Below, piece after piece: positions 37,403-47,082 of a stretch of 64,000 bases of DNA. The translations under genes were made by a program, and so were the position numbers. Origin of the DNA: an uncultured Pirellulales bacterium (GTDB lineage Bacteria > Planctomycetota > Phycisphaerae > Sedimentisphaerales > Anaerobacaceae); assembly GCA_964494325.1 (NCBI GenBank), contig CAZBTJ010000008.1:2234-66233 (forward strand). The letters run 5' to 3'. The notes below the pieces were generated by a model. The model had not been told where the DNA came from, did not search any database, and saw nothing but the letters and a program-made list of their open reading frames with translations. Positions within the stretch are counted from its first letter, which is position 1. Each line of letters starts with the position of its first letter.

Positions 37403-40400
37403 TCAAGGCTCCATTCGAGCCAGACTTGCCTGCGCTGCATCTCTCAGAAGGGTATGTGACGATTCTGCAGCACATTTTAGCTTGCTGTGAATGGTGCTTC
37501 TGTGGGTCAGACTCTTCATGGCCAACAGGTGGGTCAAAGCCCTGGCCGCAGCCCGCCGCACAGAGGAGACATCACAAGAAAGGGCATAAATGAGTTTATC
37601 AATGGCCTCGGGTACTGACAGGCCCTTTTTCAGGATGGCATCAGCAGGGACCCGATCGCTAACCATATCCATCTCCACGATCAACTGGAGGGCATCCAAC
37701 TGCTCGGGCAGATGTCGACCGTGAATCTGAGCATACATTTTGACATAGTCATGCAACAAACGAAGCCAACGATGGTCCGTATTAAAGGCATTGTAGGACA
37801 TCTCTGCATGGGTCAACTTCACAGGATTCCCTTGGGCATCCTGGTAGAGTTTTCGATGACCAAAGGTATACACTTCCACGGCATCCTCTAGGGCCTCCAG
37901 CAAAGCCACGCCTGTAAAACCTCTAAATTTGATGCCATTGGTGGGATCCTTGATGTCTCCAAAGTTGCCATCAGACACGGTGGCCTTGAGCCCGTCCTGG
38001 TGATGAGCCACCACGGGTGTACCTCCGGCATGCGCTTCCTGCTGACTGATACCACAGGGCTCTCCCACATCGCCCCCGGAAGGCATGACAAAGAATTGAC
38101 TGCCCAAATACAGGTTTCGATAGAGGGACGGGGACAAAGATCCCTCTGGATAATAGGCCAATCGTCCCTGAAATTCAGGTAAGCCTGCAATCCGACGAAA
38201 TTGGGCATCAAACCGTCGTCCGTCAAAACTGTCCTCTACACGACCACAGATCGCAAATTGTGCGAGATCATGTGTCGACAAAAAGTACTCCAGCACAGTA
38301 AAGCCCCGCATATTCCAGGGCTCATACTGAATATCCAATCCATGGGACTGCGGATACACCTTCCAATCCACCAGCAATTCAAACCCCTTTTGTCGACAGA
38401 TTCTGTGCAACATGCCAAAGATGATGTGATCGCGTTTGGGATCATCCGGCCTCAAACGAATACAAGCATCATTTTGAAGGTTGAGCTTGGCGTTCTGCTT
38501 GTTCCGCGTGTATTTGAGAAATAGACGCCTGGAGGCCGTATGGCTATAGGTTTCGAGCAGGCTTCTTTTGCTGCCAAACCAGAACCGTTGACGAGCCGCC
38601 ATGTTAAATCCATTTCGCCGACCAAAGAACCGGTCGGTTTCTGCCTTTTCCCGAAACAACATGACATGACGAAACACGGACGGCTCGTCCAGGATACGCT
38701 GCCTCATGGCACGACTCACTGTGCCCACATAGGATGAGGTCTTCAACATGATCTGGGTCAGGTCAATGTCATGGCCCGTCGCACTGTATGGATCATAAAA
38801 CAAATCATAATGCGTCCTTGGGTCTAAATCGAGTACCTGACAATAATAGGCCCATTTTGCCAACTCCTTCTCGGCCAGTACAATACTGTAGGCTGGATGA
38901 GGATTGTGCATCATACTCAAGGTTTCCGTCTCTGCAAAATGGGGATCATCACGGAAGGTCGGCTGGTATTGCAGATACGCAGGGATGAGCCAGGTGGGCC
39001 ATTCATTGGTCTGGATGATGGTGGGGTAATAGTTGTAGCAGCGTAAGGCCTCCAACGCGGACTGAGCAAACAAGCGAGCCCGCCTGAGTTTGTCTTCTGC
39101 GGTCGAGCCCCCATAGGGCTCATCAAAGTAAACCGAATTCTCCAGATAAATGACCTCCACCCTGGATCGTTGTCCGTGACTCATGCGATTGAGCTTGGCA
39201 CGCAAGAAATTGACCACATCAGGCTGGCCACCTGGCACTACGGAACGCCCCCCTTCATCAAATTCGGGAAATGTCACGCTGGTAGTATGGCCTTCATACC
39301 TTGGGGCGTACCGTTTGAATATCTGGTCACGATTACACTGGTACAAGGGCGTCACAATGACCACATGAAATCCCATTTCACTGAGCACGTCTGCAATATC
39401 CGTGGTATACAACCCCACGCCGCCAGAACTGCCGCTGAACCTGGACTCCGGTGACACCATGGCAATGGTCCCCACATTGATGGAATGTAATATGTCCGCC
39501 GCCGCTTGGCGAATGTCCATATCCATCTGCTGTTTTCTCATCGCTGCCACACGCATCAGAAACTCAATGATCACCTGCCGTTGCTGAGCCTCGTGCTCAC
39601 TGATTTCTGCCAGAACCGTCGAAAGATCGGCGATACCCAGTGCGCGAGATTTTAAGATCCACGTCACCACAATCACAAATAGCTCAACAAAACGCTTAAA
39701 GCCGCCCCGCTTCATCTGACAGGCCCTGCGAAAAGCCGCAGCAATGTACGCATGGCGAACACGATCTTCCTTGCCATACTGAAAATACCGTAAGAAAGAA
39801 TCTGGCAATACGTACTTTTCATGAATCGAATGGTCCCGGTAGATGATTTCATACACGTGGGATGACACCGATGTCAACACCCCGCCAAAGCCAAGGTGCA
39901 TGAGTTCTTCGCCGGACCAATACCCCATTTTCCCGCGACGCCTGCGTCCCTCTGCATTATTGTATTTCTCTTTGATCTCGTAGATTTCATCCCATTGAAT
40001 CACAGGCAGTGGTTCTCCGAGACCTGTACTCTTAAGCGAGAAATTGAATTCCCTGTCCACTGCCTGCTGTCCCTCATCATGCGGATTGGGAAAATTAAAA
40101 ACACACAAAAAGGCCTGTTCCCCATACCGCCTGACAAAGGCAGCAATGCGTCCATTGTGGGTATCAATAGGCACCAACGACCCCTTGGTCAAGGCCTGAT
40201 GTTCGTCCGCAAAACTATAAAGACCTCTCAAATAGAGCCCAAATCCCTTGAGATAAGGGTACTGCTGTAAAAGACCCTGCTTGGCCTCAGATTCCCCGGG
40301 CCAGGGATGGTTAAAGCGATTGTTCACCCAATGCTTCCAGCACTCCAGATAGGCCAGATCGAAACGCTTCCGAAAGCTCCCTTCTTCAGGCCCTGGCAAA

Positions 40401-42907
40401 CGGCTGATATGGTACATGAGCGGTCCGTAGCTACTGAACACGAGCAAGGCGGCGGCAGGCCAGATCATATTCTGGAAATTGCTGGTGGGAGACTCTTCAT
40501 CATGACTGTTAAAGAGCGAAATGGTCTGCCCGCCATAGTCGCGAACCATCTGTCGCAGATAATGCAGGTTGTCATTGAGCCCCAAGGGCTGATGTACAGA
40601 TTCTCCGGTTCGAATATTCTCCAGGTTCTTGATCAGTGAATTGTAGGGAATAGAACCCGCCTGGAGCATACGTGCTTCATTCCCGTGCCACTGTTCTGCA
40701 AACATCAGAGGGATCGAAGGATTCTTTTTCTGAGCGCGATAGTGCAGATACAACAGGGGGATATTGGGCTGTGCAGTACCACGCAAGTCAACCGGCTCGA
40801 ATCCAGGGACAGTCACCTCACCCAACAAGCGAGTCGGTGCGGTCAGCTCCGAATGGGTGGGAAAGACCGTGTCGTAGCCATGTCCCACATCAATACGCAA
40901 GCCAAATCCCAATCCAGAAAGCGCCTCTGCCAATGTAGCCAATCGTGACACATTGTCAAAATCCCGCATGTTCACCATAAAACTGTCAAACCACTCATCC
41001 CATTCACCGTCCCAGCCTGCCCGACGCTGCAGTGTCTTATTCTGGTCCGCAATATACACGGGGTAATGGTAGGGATAATCACACTGGGCCCGAGAGAAAT
41101 GAGACAAGGCGCAGAGAATAATCTTTATGCCCAGTTTATCCGCTTCCTCGCGAAGCGCCAGCAATCCCTCAATGCCCCCCATGTCACGCCGCACAGTGAT
41201 ACCATCCCACACGGAAAATACCGAGGGATCAGGACCTGCCTCGCCAGGCCACCCCAGCGCCAGGGCCCCCAGTGGATAGATGCGTGTATACCCCTCGTCC
41301 TTAATGCCCTGCAATTGCTCTGCAATCGTGGCAAAGGTGCCGTACACATACGATCCAACTTCATCGCGCACAGGCTGTTGCTGTTCGTTCAACCGAAGGT
41401 TGAATGTATCAGCATAAAAACTCAGGATGCGATGTCCCCGCTCATCAGCCACTGCCTTGAGCAACCCATTGGACTGCGCATCATAGACGTCACTTTTCCA
41501 GGTGGCACCCTGATCATAGGAAACTTGAACTGAGTAGTGAATCCAACCCTTCAGTAGGGGAAACTCACCTTTAAAAATCAGTTGGGCCCCCAGACTTTCT
41601 TCCTTGACCCAGTCCATGTCCAATGGGCGTTTCCGGTATCCATTCATGGCCCACTGAAGCCTGGCCCTGACATGAGTCTCCTTGACACGGTAGAGCCTGG
41701 CAACTCTGATCTTCACCTCTGCTGAGTCACCACGTATCACACAACGGTTCACATGACTGGGTGGAAAACTTGTGGGACGCTCAGTCAGTAGATCCTCCAA
41801 AATCTTACTGACACGCAATCCTATAGACCGACACATGCCTCGATCCGGGTGATACCAATAGTAGAGACTGGCATAGAGCAAACGCAGAGACTCCTCTGCA
41901 TTGTTCTTGTCACGAATTCTCCCGACCAAGGTGTCAATGGCCGCATCCACGACATGAATATCACTCGTAATAAGTTTCTCCGCCAAAACCGCCAGCGAAG
42001 GATCTTTTTGGTATCGTGTTAATCGGTCCAACCAGGGATCAATATAGCGGCGCACGTCATAAAAGATATCAGTGCGTACATCTCCATAAGGCAAGGAAGA
42101 ACAAGCGGCGGGAGAGGCCATGGCATCCAAAACGTCCGATCCACAGACACGAATCACTTTGGTGACACGCCTGCCCAACGAGTAAACGAACACCACAGAC
42201 TGGCTATCAGGAAAGAGGCAAGAAAACTTTCGTAACCACGAAAGTGTGTCCGGGCATACACCCTGGCTCTGCGCATAGGCCGAGATCAGTCGAGTCATGA
42301 CTTCCTTGATTTTTCGCCCGGCCTTGGGATAGAGTGCTATCGCCTTATTTTGGATCGTGCATATATTGCATTTCTCACCCACCCACTTCCAGAACTGCTC
42401 CAGAACGACCAGCTTCTCTCTTCGCTGAAGCAGGGCCAACCAGTCACGGGATTCAACCGTGGACTCTCTCTGCTCAAGCTCATGGATTGTGGCAAGACAA
42501 ATCTTGTCCTGCGCTGCGAGAAAATGCAGGGAATGATGCATGATCTGGCTGATGTGAAACTCGGGATGACACCATTGGAACAGAGCTCTTTCAAGCAGTG
42601 CTATAAGAAAGTCCCGCCTGGTTTCTTTTTGACTCGGCGTAAAAAAGAACAGATCCATATCCAGCAGAACTTCCTGCGGAGTCACCTGCAGTACGCCTTC
42701 AAAAGACTCAGTCAAACGAAAGATCAAAGTCTGCCCCAATAGTGTTCGATAACTACTAAATGAGGATTCCCGCAGACGTCTTGCGGTTTGATTTAAGGCA
42801 CCTTTCAGAAAACGAATCTGGTTATGCGTAAGTTGCGACTTCAGACAGGGACCGCTTGCGTCGCACTGCCCCTCTTCATTAATCTGTATAAAAGCGTGGC
42901 AATCCAT
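37403..42907 (-). CDS. 1834-aa multidomain glucan enzyme: unknown N-terminal region + GH13-like alpha-amylase domain + glycogen/starch-synthase-like GT5/GT1 domain + C-terminal HEAT-like repeat
   Basis: Amylase-family regions GLRIDVGHGY (about aa 669), MFAEQWHG (about aa 735), LFNSHDE (about aa 798). Synthase start IAMVSPESRFSGSSGGVGLYTTDIADVLSEMGFHVVIVTPLY (about aa 1148). GT1 C-lobe PSGGDVGEPCGISQQEAHAGGTPVVAHHQDGLKATV. HEAT-like SCDVSSVRRAAARALTHLL. Confidence 0.8.
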   Translation of the reverse strand: MDCHAFIQINEEGQCDASGPCLKSQLTHNQIRFLKGALNQTARRLRESSFSSYRTLLGQTLIFRLTESFEGVLQVTPQEVLLDMDLFFFTPSQKETRRDFLIALLERALFQWCHPEFHISQIMHHSLHFLAAQDKICLATIHELEQRESTVESRDWLALLQRREKLVVLEQFWKWVGEKCNICTIQNKAIALYPKAGRKIKEVMTRLISAYAQSQGVCPDTLSWLRKFSCLFPDSQSVVFVYSLGRRVTKVIRVCGSDVLDAMASPAACSSLPYGDVRTDIFYDVRRYIDPWLDRLTRYQKDPSLAVLAEKLITSDIHVVDAAIDTLVGRIRDKNNAEESLRLLYASLYYWYHPDRGMCRSIGLRVSKILEDLLTERPTSFPPSHVNRCVIRGDSAEVKIRVARLYRVKETHVRARLQWAMNGYRKRPLDMDWVKEESLGAQLIFKGEFPLLKGWIHYSVQVSYDQGATWKSDVYDAQSNGLLKAVADERGHRILSFYADTFNLRLNEQQQPVRDEVGSYVYGTFATIAEQLQGIKDEGYTRIYPLGALALGWPGEAGPDPSVFSVWDGITVRRDMGGIEGLLALREEADKLGIKIILCALSHFSRAQCDYPYHYPVYIADQNKTLQRRAGWDGEWDEWFDSFMVNMRDFDNVSRLATLAEALSGLGFGLRIDVGHGYDTVFPTHSELTAPTRLLGEVTVPGFEPVDLRGTAQPNIPLLYLHYRAQKKNPSIPLMFAEQWHGNEARMLQAGSIPYNSLIKNLENIRTGESVHQPLGLNDNLHYLRQMVRDYGGQTISLFNSHDEESPTSNFQNMIWPAAALLVFSSYGPLMYHISRLPGPEEGSFRKRFDLAYLECWKHWVNNRFNHPWPGESEAKQGLLQQYPYLKGFGLYLRGLYSFADEHQALTKGSLVPIDTHNGRIAAFVRRYGEQAFLCVFNFPNPHDEGQQAVDREFNFSLKSTGLGEPLPVIQWDEIYEIKEKYNNAEGRRRRGKMGYWSGEELMHLGFGGVLTSVSSHVYEIIYRDHSIHEKYVLPDSFLRYFQYGKEDRVRHAYIAAAFRRACQMKRGGFKRFVELFVIVVTWILKSRALGIADLSTVLAEISEHEAQQRQVIIEFLMRVAAMRKQQMDMDIRQAAADILHSINVGTIAMVSPESRFSGSSGGVGLYTTDIADVLSEMGFHVVIVTPLYQCNRDQIFKRYAPRYEGHTTSVTFPEFDEGGRSVVPGGQPDVVNFLRAKLNRMSHGQRSRVEVIYLENSVYFDEPYGGSTAEDKLRRARLFAQSALEALRCYNYYPTIIQTNEWPTWLIPAYLQYQPTFRDDPHFAETETLSMMHNPHPAYSIVLAEKELAKWAYYCQVLDLDPRTHYDLFYDPYSATGHDIDLTQIMLKTSSYVGTVSRAMRQRILDEPSVFRHVMLFREKAETDRFFGRRNGFNMAARQRFWFGSKRSLLETYSHTASRRLFLKYTRNKQNAKLNLQNDACIRLRPDDPKRDHIIFGMLHRICRQKGFELLVDWKVYPQSHGLDIQYEPWNMRGFTVLEYFLSTHDLAQFAICGRVEDSFDGRRFDAQFRRIAGLPEFQGRLAYYPEGSLSPSLYRNLYLGSQFFVMPSGGDVGEPCGISQQEAHAGGTPVVAHHQDGLKATVSDGNFGDIKDPTNGIKFRGFTGVALLEALEDAVEVYTFGHRKLYQDAQGNPVKLTHAEMSYNAFNTDHRWLRLLHDYVKMYAQIHGRHLPEQLDALQLIVEMDMVSDRVPADAILKKGLSVPEAIDKLIYALSCDVSSVRRAAARALTHLLAMKSLTHRSTIHSKLKCAAESSHTLLRDAAQASLARMEP

Positions 42908-43002
42908 AGCCTGTCGTTTTCAAGAAACTTCGGTTTACTATAAATAGAGTCACATTATAATTTTATGCGGAATGGCCAGTAATCTCAAATGCAAAACAAT
43001 GT

Positions 43003-45129
43003 TTATTTCATGGCTCGGCTGTAGGCCAACAGAATGTCCAGCAAGTCATCACCGATTTTCTCCCATGTTTTTTTGCCCACGCCTCGAACTCGCTTGAGTT
43101 GCATCCTGGTGACAGGTACTTCATTGGCAATACTGATCATCACCTTCAAGCTCAGGAGCGACTGGGGCGCCACCTGCGTCTGCTCGGCCTTTTTCTGACG
43201 CCAGGCCTTGAGCTGCTCATAGAGGTCAGGATGCGTCACATCCACACCCTTTTCCCGCGCACCAGAGGCTTTCCGTTTGCCTGGTCCCCGGATGTTAATC
43301 GCAGCCTCAGCCCTGACCTTCAGGTAGGTCTTAACAGAAAAGCCGGTGTCGCAGGCCTTCAAACAGGCCAATTTGAGCTTGATCAGATGTGTCAGTTGAT
43401 CGATCACCTCTTCGATTGACTTTCGCACGGCCTTGTTGTCTGTTTCCACAACCAGATCTGTCATCGGGCTCAGGAGAAGGTCCCTGATCTTCTCCTCAAA
43501 ATACAGACTCCCCTTTATCACGCGTTCCTGCAACAGACCATGGGTTTCTAGATCCGTGGTCTGATCCGCGCTGATGCCCAGGATTTGTCGATGAAACTTC
43601 AAGGCAATGTCACTAATATCACCTCGCACGTTTTGATCAATCTCTTCGAACCAGGACACAGGATTCTCCGGCAAGGCCACGGCCTGCTCACGCACCCGTT
43701 TGATCATCCGTGTCAGGGGCCAGTGAAACGACCTAAAATCAAACAGGTCCAACACCAGCTGTTGCTGATAATTGTGTTTGGCAAAGACCAGTTGTTCAGG
43801 ACCGGGCTGATTGTTTTCAACGTCATGCGTAAAGGACCGCACATCAGAATGAGATTTCACGGCCTGCGATGTAATACGGGTGCTCAAGACGAGCCCCTCC
43901 AGGGTACGGCAACGGCTCAATGCCACATACACTTGACCGTGGGCAAATGCGGCCCGAGCGTCAATAATCACCTTGTCAAAAGTCAAACCCTGGCTTTTAT
44001 GAATAGTAATGGCCCAGGCCAACTTCAGGGGCACCTGGGTAAATGTACCCACCACATCTTCCTGGATTTCTTTGGTCTGGTCATTCAGGGTATACTTGGT
44101 GTTTTCCCACACCACGGGTGACACCAAAATAACCTCTTCATCCCCGGGGCACTGAACCCGGACAAGCGTGTCCTCGAACCCCTTGAGCGTGCCAATTTTG
44201 CCATTGTAAAACCGCTTTTCCAGGGCCGTGTCATTTTTTACGAACATCACCTGAGCCCCAACCTTGAGTTGCAGGTGGGCTTCAGTAGGATGCAGATAAT
44301 CCGAAAAATCACCACTCACCTCTGCCTTGAAAGTCTTGGCTTGACCTGCAAGCTTGGCAAGTTTTGCCTCGTTGATCCTGTGCGCCTGGGCATTGTGTGT
44401 GGTCAGGGTAATCACACCCGTACCCTCTGCCGGCACAAAGTCGGGATGATACTGTTGATCCAGTCTCTGGCAGGTCTCCACATCCATTCGATTGTCACGA
44501 ACTCTATTGAGTAGATCAATGAACTTGGGATCGCTTTGACGATAGATGTGCTGCAGCTCAATGCTCACAAACCGAGTCTGTTGCAAGGCCAGACTGCTAA
44601 AGAAGAATCCTGTCTCGTAATACGGGCTCAGGATGGCCCATTCTTCCTTTTTGATCACTGGTGCCAATTGCTGAAGATCCCCGATCATTAACAATTGCAC
44701 GCCACCAAAGGGTCGAAAACGATCCTTGTATTTGCGAAGGACCGTGTCGATGCCATCCAAAAGATCAGCCCGTACCATACTGATCTCGTCAATCACCAGC
44801 AGATCCAATCCCTTGATGATGTTGATTTTGGTACGGCTAAACTTCCGAACAATGGCCTGGCCCTGACTGTCCGTGGGGCTGCCAGACACAGAAGGAATCA
44901 AGGGACCAAAGGGCATCTGAAAAAAGGAGTGTATGGTCACTCCACCGGCATTCATGGCTGCCACGCCAGTCGGGGCCACAACAATCATACGTTTGGTACA
45001 GCACGCCTTGAGGCCATGCAGGAATGTCGTTTTTCCGGTACCGGCCTTGCCCGTCAGGAATATGTGTTCGCCGGTCCAATGGACATACTCATGGGCCAGT
45101 TTAAGTTGTGGATTTTCTGCCATTAACAA
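43003..45129 (-). CDS. PIF1/RecD-family SF1 DNA helicase with a C-terminal HRDC/HhH-like domain
   Basis: Walker A IFLTGKAGTGKTTFL, Walker B LLVIDEISMV. Motifs GDLQQLAPV, ITIHKSQGLTFDKVIID, YVALSRCRTLEGLVL. C-terminal LKAWRQKKAEQ...LKRVRGVGKKTWEKIGDDLLDIL. Confidence 0.85.
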   Translation of the reverse strand: MLMAENPQLKLAHEYVHWTGEHIFLTGKAGTGKTTFLHGLKACCTKRMIVVAPTGVAAMNAGGVTIHSFFQMPFGPLIPSVSGSPTDSQGQAIVRKFSRTKINIIKGLDLLVIDEISMVRADLLDGIDTVLRKYKDRFRPFGGVQLLMIGDLQQLAPVIKKEEWAILSPYYETGFFFSSLALQQTRFVSIELQHIYRQSDPKFIDLLNRVRDNRMDVETCQRLDQQYHPDFVPAEGTGVITLTTHNAQAHRINEAKLAKLAGQAKTFKAEVSGDFSDYLHPTEAHLQLKVGAQVMFVKNDTALEKRFYNGKIGTLKGFEDTLVRVQCPGDEEVILVSPVVWENTKYTLNDQTKEIQEDVVGTFTQVPLKLAWAITIHKSQGLTFDKVIIDARAAFAHGQVYVALSRCRTLEGLVLSTRITSQAVKSHSDVRSFTHDVENNQPGPEQLVFAKHNYQQQLVLDLFDFRSFHWPLTRMIKRVREQAVALPENPVSWFEEIDQNVRGDISDIALKFHRQILGISADQTTDLETHGLLQERVIKGSLYFEEKIRDLLLSPMTDLVVETDNKAVRKSIEEVIDQLTHLIKLKLACLKACDTGFSVKTYLKVRAEAAINIRGPGKRKASGAREKGVDVTHPDLYEQLKAWRQKKAEQTQVAPQSLLSLKVMISIANEVPVTRMQLKRVRGVGKKTWEKIGDDLLDILLAYSRAMK

Positions 45130-45167
45130 TTCTCACGGGTTCAGGACAATTCTCGGTTTCTTTTCTA

Positions 45168-45330
45168 GGAGTGTGTCGGAGAATCCGGCGTTAAGGCCCG
45201 AGAGCGAGCCATTTTAATCTCTGGCAAGGACGGCGAAGCAGCCTATGTTGGTTTTATAGGCGATACAGCCGGACGCAGTCCAGAGATTAAAAGGGCCGCT
45301 CGAAGCCAGTCCGGTTCTCCGACAAGCTCC
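45168..45330. repeat. 163-nt near-perfect extended hairpin (rod-like inverted repeat) in the divergent helicase / 528-aa-gene intergenic region
   Basis: Paired blocks: gtcggagaa(t)ccgg/ccggttctccgac; gagcg(a)gcc/ggccgctc; ttttaatctctgg/ccagagattaaaa (13 bp perfect); cggc/gccg; gcctat/ataggc. Apical loop gttggtttt (45247-45255). Three internal loops. Confidence 0.8.
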
Positions 45331-45443
45331 TGGTCAGTGTTCACGGACCAATATACCCAATGGGACGACTGTTGTGAAGCCTATTGCAGTGAACAAGATC
45401 GTCTCTATTTGGACCTTGCTTTTCTGGACACAATTGGTACTCT

Positions 45444-47030
45444 GTGAGCCTTATGGAAAATAGTATAACAACCTTGTGTCGAGACGTTTCCAGATTGACA
45501 AGTGCGGGTGACCTGCTCAGTCAAGCTGGAACCTATCTCATGAGAAAGAGCCCGCGTGCCACACTCTGGACTGCGGGTATCTCTTCCTCTGGCTTTTTAT
45601 CCAATTTCATTGGCCTGAACGGTTTTACCGCAATGCAGGCAGTGGCGGCGCCCCTGATCGTAGGTAGCGGCATGCTCTCACTGGGTGCGTGCTTGAAATT
45701 TATCCCCTCGAAACTATGGCGCCAACTTGAAGACATTGCCCAGGCCAATGACCTGAATCTCATGGAAGACTATCGTAAATCGCTTTGTGTCAGCCATCTG
45801 AATCTTTTGTGGGACAAGGTATTTTCCTATGAAGCACGCCTCCACTATACGCCCCAGGCGCAGCAAGAAGAACACTCTGGAATTCTTGAATTCAAAGACC
45901 GTATTAGCCACAACCTGAATCAATGGAGTCCCGATATTCTCACGCACCTCGGCGCCATTTCAGGTCAGGACAAGGCCGATCTTGTTCTAGCTCTCGTCAC
46001 AGAACGGCCCTTGAGCTGCAACCTGGAAAAATCACGTGAAGGCTTCCTGATTTCAAGCCTATATGCGATGCGTCACGCCATGGCACAATCCACTCAGACC
46101 CATACCATTGGATTTCGTCTGAACCTATACGAAGACTATTGTGACGGCGCCTGTTTTGACAAGAGTGATGACATGCTCTTTCAACAATTCAAAGGCCATA
46201 CTTGCCTGACTGACATCAAAAAACAGGCTCATTTTTCCGGCCTGAAAGCGATTCTCTACACCCCCTCTTCGATTGGACATCGTCTCTGGTTCACCCTGGT
46301 GACACGCAAGGTCTCGGCCGGGGTAGGCAGAGCCGTACGCAGCCTCAACCAAACCTATGAGACAGATCGGTTCAATGCTCAGGTTCTGCTCTGGCCTGGC
46401 GAAGAACATGCCGAATGGCTCAAATCCATGCCCAATGCAAAACAGGAAATACTCACGTTGCGTCGTCAAATACTCCAGAGCGCATTGGGCAGCACCTACG
46501 AAAACGCAGAACACGTGCTGAATCGCATGTTGCTTCCGGGATTAAAACAGGCCATGGACTTACGCATGCTGTTTGATTACGAATATTGCGACCAAAGCCT
46601 GGACTGCATCGCACGGGATACGCAACAGACCATCACAGATCATGCGCTGGCCGACTTAAAGGCAATAGGATGTCAGGGACATGCATTAGAGAAGAAACAG
46701 GCGTTTCTCACCCAGGCTGTCTCATCCATGGCGTCATTCATGACCTATCTCAAAAGCAGTGCCTATGCCTCAGTTTTGGAAGATGCCGAAACCCTTCGAG
46801 CCGTTAAAATCATGTTCCACAGTAATCAAGATCAGATTCACAAGCTTTTCAAAACACCAGAGACCGAAGAAGCCAGGCAACGCCTGCCCCAGCTGATTCG
46901 CCATGCCACAGACCACAAAACACAAACGACATGCAGACTCATGGCCATACGCATGCATTGTCAACTGGCGCAACTCCAGATCCAGGAATACAAAACACTG
47001 GTCAAGACGCTTGGGTATGATCCATCATAA
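45444..47030 (+). CDS. Hypothetical membrane-anchored protein (528 aa), no recognisable domain
   Basis: Long ORF with two predicted TM helices (about aa 40-95), then about 430 aa of helical-looking sequence with no motif I can name. GTG start listed; an ATG lies at 45453. Confidence 0.6.
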   Translation: MSLMENSITTLCRDVSRLTSAGDLLSQAGTYLMRKSPRATLWTAGISSSGFLSNFIGLNGFTAMQAVAAPLIVGSGMLSLGACLKFIPSKLWRQLEDIAQANDLNLMEDYRKSLCVSHLNLLWDKVFSYEARLHYTPQAQQEEHSGILEFKDRISHNLNQWSPDILTHLGAISGQDKADLVLALVTERPLSCNLEKSREGFLISSLYAMRHAMAQSTQTHTIGFRLNLYEDYCDGACFDKSDDMLFQQFKGHTCLTDIKKQAHFSGLKAILYTPSSIGHRLWFTLVTRKVSAGVGRAVRSLNQTYETDRFNAQVLLWPGEEHAEWLKSMPNAKQEILTLRRQILQSALGSTYENAEHVLNRMLLPGLKQAMDLRMLFDYEYCDQSLDCIARDTQQTITDHALADLKAIGCQGHALEKKQAFLTQAVSSMASFMTYLKSSAYASVLEDAETLRAVKIMFHSNQDQIHKLFKTPETEEARQRLPQLIRHATDHKTQTTCRLMAIRMHCQLAQLQIQEYKTLVKTLGYDPS

Positions 47031-47082
47031 AACCAACCCGAAACCCGTACTTTGTATAACGTGTAAAAGTTGAACAAGACCT

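Noticed and set aside
33373-45129. BREX / DISARM / Hma-type multi-gene system formed by the methyltransferase and the helicase
   Set aside because: No PglZ, BrxC, BrxL, DrmA/B or PLD genes are present. The MTase and helicase are on opposite strands, separated by a 5.5-kb glucan-enzyme gene.
45168-45330. SRP (4.5S) RNA, because of a GAAGCAGCC string resembling the domain IV motif
   Set aside because: The motif lies on the 5' arm, whereas in SRP RNA it lies 3' of the tetraloop. The apical loop is a 9-nt gttggtttt and not GNRA, and the flanking conserved SRP bases are absent.
45168-47030. Retron (msr/msd-like hairpin upstream of a long ORF)
   Set aside because: The downstream 528-aa protein has no reverse-transcriptase motifs (no YxDD and no RT fingers/palm blocks).
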